DNA of 64,000 bases, taken from assembly GCA_000934665.2 (NCBI GenBank), contig KZ538295.1, positions 186,001 to 250,000 on the forward strand, given 5' to 3'. Below, piece after piece: positions 1 to 12,453 of this stretch (its first letter is position 1; each line of letters starts with the position of its first letter). Made by a program: the position numbers and the translations under genes. The DNA is from Catajapyx aquilonaris (taxonomy: Eukaryota). Under the pieces are notes generated by a model. The model was not told the origin of the DNA. It worked only from the letters and a program-made list of their open reading frames with translations, and ran no database searches.

Positions 1-1823
1 CTATTAGTAGTGATTCACGGCCGAGGTTGCCATGTGTGCCACTTTTAGTGGCGATTCATGCGTTTATTTGGCGATCGGGAGGGATAATAATTAGCGGGGC
101 CAATAACGAGGCGTAAAAATTCGCACCGCATTGTTGGGAGTTTTTTGAGACCAGAGCTTGGTACGTCAGTTGGCTTTGTTTGTGAAAAAAAAATGCTGTG
201 TAGTGGTTGAACAATGCTAATTTTTTAGCAGGCAGGGAGGCTATTCTCTCAGATCTCTCTTAGTACAAACGGAAAAGTTTGTTGGTATGCATGTTTGTCC
301 GGGTTACCTAACCCACTTCCGAACTACTGAGTGTGTTGAAAATTGCCACACTGATGAATTACATGCCGATGATTACGGGAAAAGTCCGAAAACTACATTT
401 TTGGGGGGCTAAATACTCAAAATTTAGTTTTTTCTTAATGTTTAGTTTCTCATCTGATGAACACACCACAGATGGCGCTCCTGCCATCCCATCCCCATCT
501 TGTCTTACATATATATGAGGAAAAGTTTGTTTGTCCGTGGCATCAAAAAACGACTGCTTGTTGTTGATGATATTATTATGGAAACAGGCCGTGCAAAGAA
601 CGGGCTCCGCTGCTAGTTTAGTATAATCAGATATTTGCGTTCATGCAACTGGACCTTACTGAATAAGCAAACTATTTTTTCCTTGTTTCACCCAGTATAC
701 ACATGTAAGAAAAATATTATGATTCCCCCCCAACTTTGTTGACATCTTGATTACAGGTTGTAACACGCAGACTGAGCATAAACTTGTTTCGTTTGTTTTC
801 GATTGAGACAGCCCGTGTCAAAACACGTACCGGTACGAGTTAACATGCAAGTTTTAATAAAATCACGCCAAAAACCAAGGCTCCTAAATTTTGCACGCAA
901 TAAGGTATTACATGCGCCAATTTTTTTTTCGTGTGTGGATTCGGGATGTGTTAGGAAGGATGAGACCCAACATGCAGTACATCCCCCCATCACTCATTCT
1001 GCGATCATTTGCTGACACACCTCGGATCACTGATCCCCCTGTGCCCTGTAATTGTATGCCAGACCTTTCATCAAAGGGGATCAAACAGGGGGGGTAGGTA
1101 GTGGGGGAATAGGGGAGGGGGGGGGCTGTCGAGAGGGATTTGCCTATGTCATAACTGTGTACAAAGTTGGACCCGTCTTAGTTCGAAACATTTTGGGGAA
1201 ACAGGGTTTGCGAGGCCCCCGTGTTTTGCACCTCACCGCGCAATTCGTCAGAGCTGGCCGGATTATTCAGGCCGCATATATTTTTTATATCCCATTATGA
1301 CTGGCGTTACACAGGATGGAACAGCAAGACAGACTTATATAGACATTAGCAGTGGACCCTTTCTGCGCAGGCGCAATGGGGATGGAAGGCAGCGCCTCTG
1401 GTGGGTGAGAGGAGGAACTATCAATTCGTTCACTGTCTTCCGGAGGGTCTACATCGCTCGCTCCCCTCCGCACCCAGTGAGCAACGTTCGGGGTTTAATT
1501 TAGCGAAGTGGTTGAAATTTAGATTTGTTGCAGTTACAATTTTTCGCTCCAAATTGATGTTACTCTGCAATTAAAAGTAATAAAGGGATTAAATTTGCAC
1601 TTCCGTTTTTTTTACAGGGGGGAGTGCAAACAAGATTTAAGCGATTGTTGAGAGAGGCGAGAAGATTTGGGGAAGGCGAGGAAAAAGCGAAACAAAACGG
1701 TGGCTAATGAATCCAAGCTTCCCCCCTTTTTCGGAAATGGGAGAGAAATCCTTCCAGGAGAGCGAGATAAGTGAAATGCAAATTGGTCTAGAAAAGAGGA
1801 GAAACCCTCCCTTCAACTTTTTT

Positions 1824-1860
<37 letters not shown>

Positions 1861-4800
1861 CTCCAACCAGAAGGAAGAGTAAGAAAAAAAAACAAGCTTG
1901 GCAATTTGCTACCCATACAATAGTCCCCCCAAACTTTGTTGGGAGGTAAAAATGACAATAATTATAATAGGAAGGAGAAGAAAACAGCGTTTTTGTGATG
2001 GTGATTGCAGATTTTCCCCCCTCCAACTTTTTTTTACCCAGAAAAAAAAATCCAACCCTTACAGTCCTTACCCTCACTGGCTGGTTACAATGCACATGTA
2101 ATTTTTCCACAAAGTTAATTAAAGATTCAGCTCAACTAAGAGGCTCAACCTCCCAGCCTTCGTTAATTATAAAAGCCGACGTGCATTGTTTCTGCCTTCA
2201 TTTCAATTATCCAAATGGATTTGTTCTTTCGCTTTGTTGCTCCGAATTATTACCACGCAGTCAGAAGGGGGGGAGGGGGCGGTCCATACTATAGGGTTTT
2301 GAGGTTGTTTTTTTTTGTAAAAAAAAATATACATATAGAAAGGATATTGGCACATTATTGCTCGAAAAAAAATGTCTGGTTCGTCGGTGCGTTAAAAGGG
2401 GTCAAGCGCCACTTTGGCTCTCACCGGCGCCAAGATCACTTAATAGGAAGGCTTTTATGTGCGGCTCACTATTAGCTGGCTAATGGGCCGTGATTTTTGC
2501 TCCCACGTGCGAGCATGCCCGCAATTTAATACTCTCGGTTAGCCCTCCCTTTTGGTGCAGTACAGTAGGTACGGATTTCATTTTTGGCCCTTGTTTGGGA
2601 CGGGAGAGGAGAGAGAGAGAATAAAAAATGTATGAGTGGAATTGGCGGTACAATGTAATTTTTTGGATGCTGTTAACAGGGTACGGTGTTTTTTTGGAGG
2701 GGGGGGGGTGGACAGGGGATGGAACGTGTGTTACGATCAAAAGCTTGATGTTGAAATATTTGTGATTTATACACTGTGATGCGGAATAATGTAATAATCC
2801 TGATTTTTATGCTGTGCTACGTTGATGGGCAAAATAATATTAGCATCATGAAAACAATGTAAGAATCCATCTTTTCACATCGAAAATTACTGATAACATA
2901 TTAAAAATTAGGATTGAAAACATTATCTCGCAATAAATTGCAATGTTTGTCAGAATAAGTATAGTAATATTGCCTTATTAGGCGTTTCTATAATTTTGCA
3001 TGATGAAAAAATCAACAAATTCATTGGGCATTGCAGCCTGATAAATTCCAATAACAACATTAAGCACAGAATCATTTTATTATTACTATCATAATTCCAG
3101 AGCAAAGATGTACCAGTATAGGTTTATTAAATGACCAGTAATTAGTAGCTTATGAGTAAAACCATACCGTAACAATTCCTGTAAATAAATGTGTAAAAAT
3201 AATACAATTGAAGTGCGACGGTTTGCAAATGACTTCACCTGCTGTTGTGATTGCTATTGCGATTTTCTTGTAAAGACAAAAATGGTAGAGTCATTTTAAT
3301 CGTTTATAAAGTTACACTGTACCAGTTGTGTCTTAAGTTAGTGTTTTTAAGAGTAAAAAACACGTCGTAGATGCATATTACAGACAATAACTTGTTAAGA
3401 TACCATGAATAATTGCCAAAAAATTAATTGCAATATTTTAGTTACTGTTGTCATTTACTGTGAACCACATTAGTGTGCACATGCACATGTCACGTAAAAA
3501 TATTCCATTACAGACACCTCATGCCTTCTATATCCGATTCATCCGAAAAATCGCGCATCGACAGCGAAAAAAAAACACCAGAAGAGCGTCAATCCTTTAT
3601 GAATACTATAAAATACGAATACCAGTCATGGAAGTTGAAGCAGTTATTACCGAAATCGCTGAAGTGAAAAAACAAAGTTGATAGAAAGGAACTGGAATGG
3701 CTCGTTTGGCCTGGATTTTTCCGCTTGCTATAGGTTGATTTCCCTTCCCGATAAGGCCGAAATTTCGATTTGTGCAAGGAACCCATTTAATTCTGAGCAA
3801 TGGCACAAAAAAGGCCACGGGTTCTTTAAGAAAAGACCGGTTGACGTTTTACTTACAAGTATGAACCCTTGTGAGCGTCCGAGTGCGTTTACCTGCGTTC
3901 GAGTGCGTCGTGTCTCCTGGTGTGTGTGTGGGATGTGGCAGACACGTGGCTCATGTTGGGTCAGATGCAGATGTCGTGGTAGGCGGCACAGGACCGACCT
4001 CCTCTCCCGCCGCCTCTCCCGCCACTGACGCCTCCGACGCCTCACGACGCCCGCTCCGAACCGCCCCGACCTCTTGCGACGGCCACGTCAACTTCTACGC
4101 GTTTCAGATTTGTATACAAATCCTAACCAGAAATGAATCTAAAGAATGTTGGTGCAACGGACTGTGATTAAATTCTTTCTAAAGAGTATGGAACAATTTG
4201 CTATTTTCTACACACAACAATGCGTGTACATATTTTTGCCAAAAAATAAAATATTGTTGACAGAGATGTTGATCAAAATTGGGTTCTAAGGGCGCGACAC
4301 TGCAAGCAAATTTGAAGGCTGAGTCAGCCCTGCATGGAGCTCATGCATTGAACGGGAGGGGTTGTGCTCTGGCGGAGTTTACTCTCTTGTAATATTTATT
4401 ACACACCTTGGGCTGGGGTGTGGGCCATGGCCACTCGCTGATAGGCCTTCCGTTTAAGTCCTCTCATCGCATTCGAGTCACGTGCAAAGTCTGCGCCCGC
4501 ACCCGCAAACCCTGTTTCTCTGCATCTCATAAGAACATCGTTATGCCAAAAAATACCAATATTTGAACTGTAAATGAGTTTGCCCACCATAATTGCCTCT
4601 TCATAAGGGCGGAACACGGTTATATAGAAGCCCAATTATCTGCTATATATTCCGCTGTTGACTGAACAAATAGGCTGCGGCTCCCCTCGGAACCGCAGGG
4701 ATTAAATCAAATTCAAGAGGTCTCTTTAACCCCCCCCACCCCACCCCACCCACCCTCCAACCCTCCAACCCCTCTCCATAACTACCCCCAAACCCAAAGT

Positions 4801-7702
4801 CCTAACTCAAGTTCCTCCCTTCTCCTTACCTTTTTATTAAATTCAATTTCATCTTTCCAATTCGAGTCGCCCCCCACCATATACCTGCAGCTTTTCTTTC
4901 CGGAGTTATTGAAACCACGCGCCTGCTGCTGCCTAAGAAAAGCAATCATGCCCCGTCTTTTGTTGGGGAGAGGCTACCCCCTCCAACTTCAATTATTTAC
5001 AGATTGTTGCTGGCCCTTCCATATTCCCTCCTTTTTCCTTCCCTTGGCTGTAGCCAAATTTAATAGTTTTTTTTTTTTAAAAAAAAGGTGTGGCATGTGA
5101 AACTTTAAAAATCTGCAGTTATTTTGCTGCCAACTTGCCTTCAACTTTTTTTTGCTTCGAATCGGCTCGTTTGAACTAAACAAACTGAAAGCATCAAAAA
5201 TTCCAGCAATTTTTGCAACACCCAGTAGGGTCAGTATAAATAATCAGCAATTTAAAATTTTGCCTCATTATGCCGGATCTAGCTGCTGGGGAGTTGAGAA
5301 TGAACCACTCGGTACATTTCCCTCTTGTAAATCATGCATGCTAATAAAACGCTCCATAACTCGTAATAGCATATTTTCCAATACCCTCCTCTAATGACGC
5401 TTACCGGTATCGTTTCCATAAATACCGTACATCTGATGGGTATATGTAGACTGATGCTTATTATTTTCTAATATTATAGTTTAGTCAATATTACGTGCTG
5501 ATGTTAGGTTTAATAGGAAGTGGGCATTACAATTAATTTTCTAGCTCATATTAAGGTGAAATGTACGATTGTTTGCTTCAACTATTGAGCTTGGGCAGTG
5601 CATATATTGTAATAGGCCGTGACTGTTGGAGCCAGGTGTGTCAGCAGCCGTCGGTCCCTATGGATCACATGAATGAGACACACACACATACACTCACTCA
5701 GAGAGAGACAGAGTGAGAGAGGCCTATGCAGCAGCAGCAGCAGCCTCCAGTCCATTCGGAATCCATTCCCTATTCATTTCATTTGGACTGTCGTCCAACT
5801 AACTGCTAGTCTCCTGTCAGGCCCTTTCATCCTTGCCTCCCATTATCCGAAGCCGAGCAGGGGAGTCGGCAACAGTTTTATTACAATAATTGGACCTTAT
5901 TGCTTATTCTTGTTCACATAGGTGATGTCTAAAAGCAAAACCTCGTCACTTAACTTGGAATGTGATAGAGTTATTAATATCATTTGTTTTGAACCGCTGG
6001 AGTGAACAAAAGCATTTTCCTCTCTCCTATATAGAGCCCTAGCTGGGGCTGGCTGCTGCTCCAAATGAAGTTGGCCAAGACTGAGTGAGTAATGGAGGGA
6101 ATGCTCCGGTTGAAATGCAATTAGTTCGACTCCCAAGTTTGCTCGGTGGCGCAAAGTTAAACAACATGAAACAGTACTTAAAGCGTCAATGTAAAGTGGC
6201 AGTGGGGCTTTTCACTCCGGGGCGAGGGATGGAGGCGAGAGAGATGGCTGCGATTTCCACTTGGCTCTACCACCTGCTTCCCCCCCCCCCCCCCCCCCNN
6301 NNNNNNCCCCCCCACCCTTCTATTCCCTCTTCACCCACCCCCCTTTCCATCATCTCCTGGTACCCAGATTAACACCACTTCCCCAGCGAAACACGATCTC
6401 ACATTTCTAGATTATGCTCAAAAAGCATACAAAAGAAGTATAGCGCGCGGTTGGAGGCAAACGGCCGCGAGATTGTCCAATAAGGATGACTTTAGCTAAG
6501 AAAATATTAGTTAAAATTTTGCTATGCGCTGAACAAATTCCCACCTGGCATCCTGCACATTTTCACCCCTCCACCCTTTTTCTCTTCCGAGTCAAAGCCC
6601 GATTCCCCACACTGGTCCCACTTCGGTTTTGCCTAATTCGGGCGCAAGTGCATGTACCAAACTTTGGCCCAGCCCAGCAGAGTAAGGGGTGGTAGGAAGG
6701 GTGGGGGGGATCAGAACAGCCCGAGTTAGTTGGAGAGTTAGAGAGAGGCGTGATATTTCTCAGAGTCCCTCTCTCCCAGGCCAGCCCCAGCCCTTTCCCC
6801 CTAATTAGGCGCATTCTGTAATCCTGCCGAGCAGTCCGCTTTCGTATCGTTTAATCAAAGGAACGCCGAGTTGGTAAGCCTCCAATAATAACGGAGCCCG
6901 ACCAGCTGTTACCGAATCTGACAATTAAACACGGGGACACCGTATGCGCAATTAATGAAAGGAAACTTGCACCGAATCTCCCCCTACCCTCTACCACCAC
7001 CAGTTTTGCTGGAAGCAGCTTGTTGGCACCATGGGGAAGGGAAATTTCAGAGAGAGAGAGAGAGACCTTCTGCCGAACAGAATAACATTACCACACTTTT
7101 GGGCCAGAGCTTTAAAAAAAAAATCCGGTTTTAGAGAGAGGGAGGGTTGGGCCTAACTTTTTGGAAGGCTTGACCCGTTGTAAATGAGCCTGGGTCTCGA
7201 TATTATGGTCCTCCCTGCATTAATAGCGCTTTTTGCCATTCCCCGAATGATTATAATGCGTTCTGACTCAAAAGTGGGACCGGGAGCTGTGTGGGTTTTA
7301 TTTTCTCGCGCTTTGCCGCAGTGCTAATGAGAGAGGGACTGAGAGATGGTGTAGGGAGGGACGTATAATAAGTGCTGCCCATTCACGCTCTATCCTGGTT
7401 AAAGCTAGTTCGGTCTGAATAATATTAGGTTCATCCAAATGTGTCTGCTATACCTTATCCTTCGTCTAATTCGCTTATTCTCTCCGTCGGATGTTTGTTC
7501 GACCTGATAGTACCACTATCATCCGCACGACTTGAGTGGCAGGAGTGTGCAGGGGAAGGGTGCTCCATCTATGGGTGAAGAATAGAACTATGTGGTAAAT
7601 CGACCTCCAGCGCGGTACTATCAGGTAGGACAAATATCCGATAGAGAAATAGTATTTTAAAAGAAAGATCAGTGTTGCCTTGGAAACGGGTTCACTGTAG
7701 AT

Positions 7703-7982
7703 GAGGGTTTTGCAGCGGGTGCTCACCTGAGACCGCCACGAGACATTTCCCAGAGCATATATGTGGCGACCATACCGGACTAAGGCTGAACTTTATAGGT
7801 ACGAAAGGGGACGGCTACATTGGGGGGCCCAACATGGCCGCCGGCGGCCATGTTGGGCCAGCATGTAGCCCTCCCCTTTCGTACCAATAAAGTTCAGCCT
7901 TAGTCCGGTAGGGTCGCCACATATATATGCTCTGGGAAATGTCTCGTGGCGGTCTCAGGTGACACCCGCTGCAAAACCCCTC
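7703..7982. mobile_element. Long near-perfect palindrome (~140-bp arms, no loop); probable foldback/MITE
   Basis: Left arm GAGGGTTTTGCAGCGGGTG...CCCAACATGGCCGCC is the reverse complement of right arm GGCGGCCATGTTGGGCC...CACCCGCTGCAAAACCCCTC; centre at 7842/7843; few mismatches; no TSD seen. Confidence 0.75.
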
Positions 7983-9421
7983 GGCAGGGGGTGGGTGGGG
8001 AGTGACCTAACCTGAGTCTTCTACAACCATGGTCAAGGCTCTGAACGTGTGTGAATTTGGGTCCTGAGGAGTAACTGTGGCAACGTTGTTGTGGGAGCAA
8101 TGTACTTGCGCGAGTATGGATGCGCACTGGGTTGCACTCGTTTAAAAAATGGTCTATAGTTGATCATATTCACTTTGCTCGTTTCCGCATCTCCTTCCAA
8201 GGCTGCTGACGGCATATTCCTGCATATACAGGCCACATCCTGTCTGCTACTCAAAAATACATTAGTGGCAGGGGGTCTCCTGATCCGTTCCTGTAATGAC
8301 ATAGGGGGAGGAGCCCGAAACCGCAAGAATGGCCGTATAAGTAGCTCCGCAATAAGGCATTGGGAAGCAGCCAGTCGCAGTATAGGCCATCATCTATCAG
8401 GATGTTTCCTCGATATGCCCTCCCCGTCCTAAAATGGGGGGAGCCATTTTTCCTCTCATTTTTGGGCCCCTCCCCCCCCCCCCCCCCCNAAGGGCCCGCG
8501 ATAACTGGCTTTGAAATATCGACTCCAGGGCAGGTTCCCTCCATTGTATGCAGTTGACGGTATCAAACAAAAGCCTTTGCTCCATCATTCCGTTTTCTGG
8601 TGACAAAAGGGGGTTGTAATGTGAGAGTTTGGTGTGGCAGAGAGAGGAGCCGGGTGGGGGTGGGTGGGGCGTGGGGGGAGCGACAATAACCAAAGTACTG
8701 CCAAACTCAAGCGCCATTTCCCAGGGCCTGACTGGTAGTTGGCTCTATCTGCTCCCCATTTTTTGGTGGGGTGGCAGGGGCCATCAGCGCCAGTCCTAAC
8801 GTTGTCAATATCCTCCGCAAATGCCACTGGATCAAGTCCAAAAACTCTATCTGCGCCCGGTTCTCCCCCTCCCTCACCGAAAATGATTGATCCACGTAAG
8901 CCGTAAAATGCCGGGAGACGGAACATTGTATTTTCAGAACCGCCACACTAATGGTTTTGTGGATGGGAGAAGGACGGCCTATACTAGAGAGAGCGACTCC
9001 TACAGATACAGCCCGAATCACGTTAAGAGTAGCGCTGAAGAGACCCGTGTTTCATATACGGTACTCACACAGCCTGGCTATTATTTGTGCACCCTGAGAG
9101 AAGGAGGGGGGCAATTAACCCTATCTGGGACCCTCCCATATTTTTTGGACCGCCCTCTCCGTCTCCATGGCTGGCACCCATCTCTCCCCATAACGCACTT
9201 CATCATCTCCCTCATCCCCCCGAGCAAGCAGATGCAGATTGCAGTCGTCTGCCTGGGAAAGAAAATGGGAGGGCTGTAAAGGGTCCAGGGTCATCATCCT
9301 CTCTGCTTTGCATGATTACTTAATCCATGGGAGAAGAGATTGTTTCCTCTTGATTCAGGTCATCATCATCGACAACCTAATGGCGGCACTAAAGACGTGG
9401 AGCCAGGTGGCAAAAATCTGA

Positions 9422-10560
9422 GGGCAAAAGTGGGCGGAGCATTAGGAGACATGGGCGGGGCCTAGACTGGTGGTGGGCGGAGCTTGTGTTTACTAATGGG
9501 AGTGGCTTAATGGTAGGAGGGGCTTATGCTGACGGTGGGCGGGGCATTAGGAGACATGGGCGGGGCTTAGACTGGTGGTGGGCGGAGCGTGTGTTTAGTA
9601 ATGGGAGGGGCTTAACGGTAGGAGGGGCTTATGCTGACGGTGGGCGGAGCATATGTTGGGGTGGGCGTGGCTTGTTAGCGATTGAGTGGCATAGACTGAA
9701 TGTGGACGGAGCTTGTGTTGGTAATGTTTGTTTGTTGGTTATGCCAAAGCAACTAAGGCTATCTCAGTATCTGGCAATCGTAAACTGTTTTTGGTAGTGG
9801 GAGGAAACGGGAGAACCCCGAGAAAACCCACGCAAACACTGTGAGAACCCATCGAAACTCACGCGGGGATCGAACTCGGGACCTTAGCTAGGTGGAAGGC
9901 TGCGGCGTTATAACCACTACACCACCGTTTCGCCCTTTGTGTTGGTAATGAGAGGGATTCAACGATGGGAAGGTGCTTATGTCGACGGTGGGCGGAGCAT
10001 AGGTTGGGATGGGTGGAGCTTGTGCTGATAATGGGAGGAGCTTAACGATAGGCGGGATCTAGACTGCCGGTGGGTGGAGCATAGTTTGGGATGGGCGGGG
10101 CTTATACTGGCCATGGTGGGGCTTAGACGGGTGGTTGTGTTGGTAATGGGAGGGGTTTAACGATGGGAGTGGGCTTATGCTGACGGTGGGCGGGGCTTAG
10201 ACTGGTGGGCGGAGCTTGTGTTGGTAATGGCAGGCGCTTAACGATATGCTGGGCCTAGCCTTATGGTGGGCGGAGTATAGGTTGGGATGGGCGGGACTTA
10301 TGTTTGTTAATGGGAGTAGCTTAACTATTGGTGGGGATTATCCTGGCGGTGCGGTGGCTGAGCGGTAGGCTGGGATGGGTGGGACTTGTTAGCGATGGGA
10401 GTGAGCTATAATGAAAGTGGGGCCATCTGTTAGTGTTAGATGGTGTTAGGCAATGGGAGGGACTTATGCCGCCAAAGGGAGTGGCTTACGCCGGAAGTGG
10501 GCGGGGCTGACACTGGCAATGGGTGGAGCTTGGGCTGGCAACAGGCGGTGCTTATTCTCC
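9422..10560. repeat. Degenerate G-rich minisatellite with repeated GGTGGGCGG(A/G)GC(T/A)T units, upstream of the ZNF143-like gene
   Basis: Recurrent units such as TGGGCGGAGC, GGGCGGGGCTTAGACTGG and TTGTGTTGGTAATGGGAG; interrupted by a SINE at 9727-9936. Confidence 0.8.
9727..9936 (-). mobile_element. tRNA-derived SINE with V-SINE-like core and 14-bp TSD
   Basis: Minus strand: A-box-like TGGTGTAGTGG, B-box-like GAGTTCGATCCC, core GTTTGCGTGGGTTTTCTCGGGG...TTTCCTCCCA and (CAAA)n tail; flanked by TTGTGTTGGTAATG at 9713-9726 and 9937-9950. Confidence 0.85.
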
Positions 10561-10707
10561 ATACGAGTTTGAACCGGCCGCGGCGTGATCGAGAGGTCTC
10601 TGTCGTGCAGGCCTGCAGCCCAGTGGCGCCCTCAACCTCCCTCCGGCCATCTTGGCATCCCGACCACTTCTCTCCCTTCTCGATGATGCTGGTGGGCTGA
10701 CCAAGGC

Positions 10708-10765
10708 CCCGGTGCCTGCCGGGTAATGTTTCCCGTCATGCCTCCTCCATTGTCATGTCGGGAGC
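10708..10765. promoter_or_regulatory. Cluster of Staf/ZNF143-binding-site (SBS)-like motifs in the 5' region of the ZNF143-like gene
   Basis: TTACCCGGCAGGCACCGGG (minus, 10708-10726) matches 17/19 and TTTCCCGTCATGCCTCCTC (plus, 10729-10747) matches 16/19 positions of the recalled SBS consensus YYWCCCRNMATSCMYYRCR; a weaker third site lies on the minus strand near 10747-10765. Confidence 0.45.
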
Positions 10766-10812
10766 GGGATGAATTCAACTAATGTGGACACCATTGCAGG
10801 TGTGGCCTGGAG

Positions 10813-12453
10813 ATGAGCTCGGTGGAGGAGGAGGAAGAGGACGACACCCACACCCTTCTGGTCCACTCCCTGCCAGGCGGCGACATCGTGCACTTTGACA
10901 GTGAGTGTCGAGTACTATTAACCCCATAAGCAATGTACAAACACACTGCGGTACCCTTGGTACTGATAGAGAGGTTTTCAGCTGACCATCTGCTGGTGTC
11001 GACGGATGATGTCGGGAGCGACCTGGTTATTGGAGGAAGAGTTGCGGTGACTCTGGAGGATGGGACGCAGGCTTTCATCACCGGAGACATTGAAGACGGG
11101 ACTGTGCAGTTGGACGATGGGAGCGTGGAGGTGGAGAAAGAGACGGTGCAGCTTGAAGATGGGTCGTCCTTTTTGAGTCAGGATGTGAAAGGTTTGTTCG
11201 TTTTGCATGTTGTATGAGCCCACACTAATATCCGGACTCTTCAGCCTTTCGCCATGTCCAGCTTGACGATGGCACAACAGTTGCGGTTCCCGACCCTCTG
11301 CTTAACATCACATTTGAGCCGCTTGTGGTGTCAGAGTCGGGTCATGAGCCACTAGAGGATGAGAGCGAGGAAGAAGAGGATGTGGATGAGCCGCCACCCA
11401 TATTTTTACCCAAGAAGCGTAACCAAAAGGCTAATACAAATGAGAAGTCCTTTCAGTGCAAGCATGAGAATTGCGGAAAGCAGTACACCACTCTCAACCA
11501 TCTGAAGGTAAGGCCTGTTCATGAAGTGTTAAGTCTTGTCAACACATTTATGAGTTGCATACAAGTATAATCAGGTGCGGTATTATGTGTTGTCATATTA
11601 ATTAAGTGGACTTGTATTGCAGGTACATGAGCGATTCCATACTGGGGACCGTCCATTCAAGTGTGATGATTGCCATAAGGCGTTCTCCACTGGTTACAGT
11701 CTGAAGGCACATACGCGGACACATACGGGGGAGAAACCGTACAAGTGTCAGGATAATCTCTGTGGGAAGTCCTTCAAGACATCGGGGGACCTGCAGAAAC
11801 ATGTACGCACCCACACAGGAGAAAGGCCGTTTCTTTGCGAAGTTGAAGGGTGCGGACGATCATTCACGACTTCTAACATACGCAAGGTGAAAACGCTGTA
11901 TGCGATCTGACGTTGTGCACTATGTTAGGTGAAATAACGTAGGGACGGATAATTAATAATTTTTCTCTCGCAGGTTCACATGCGTACTCACACTGGTGAG
12001 CGTCCGTACACATGCCCAGAGCCAGGTTGTCGCCGTGCTTTTGCTTCCGCTACCAACTTTAAGAACCACGTTCGCATCCACACTGGAGAGAAACCGTACG
12101 TGTGTACATACAACGGATGTGGGAAGCGGTTCACAGAGTACTCGTCTCTGTACAAACATCACGTGGTGCACACCCAGAACAAGCCGTATGTGTGTGGTTT
12201 ATGTGGACGGTCATATCGGCAGCCGTCAACCCTAAGTGTCCATCTGCGTTGCACCCACGGAGATGAGAGTTTCATGGTGGAGGAAGGGGAAGGAAGTGAG
12301 CCCAGCCTGCAACTGGTCAGCGTCGTTGCAGATCAGGACGTGCTAGCAGCACTGGAGGGAAGGACAGTAGAGGGCGGAGAGACCTCGCAGATTTACATCA
12401 TGACCGATCCGACTCAATTGGTAGAACTGGACATGGGGAGGGACACGCCATGA
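10813..12453 (+). CDS. ZNF143: Zinc finger protein 143/76 (Staf)-like transcription factor, ~434 aa, seven C2H2 fingers
   Basis: Exons 10813-10900, 10982-11191, 11245-11507, 11623-11886, 11974-12453 (GT-AG, phases consistent). N-terminal V(T/Q)LEDG(T/S) repeats typical of ZNF143/76. Fingers include [69 protein letters not shown] and [16 protein letters not shown]. Confidence 0.92.

Noticed and set aside
9860..9936. tRNA-like A/B boxes as a tRNA gene
   Set aside because: No convincing cloverleaf or acceptor stem; continues into a SINE core, tail and TSD
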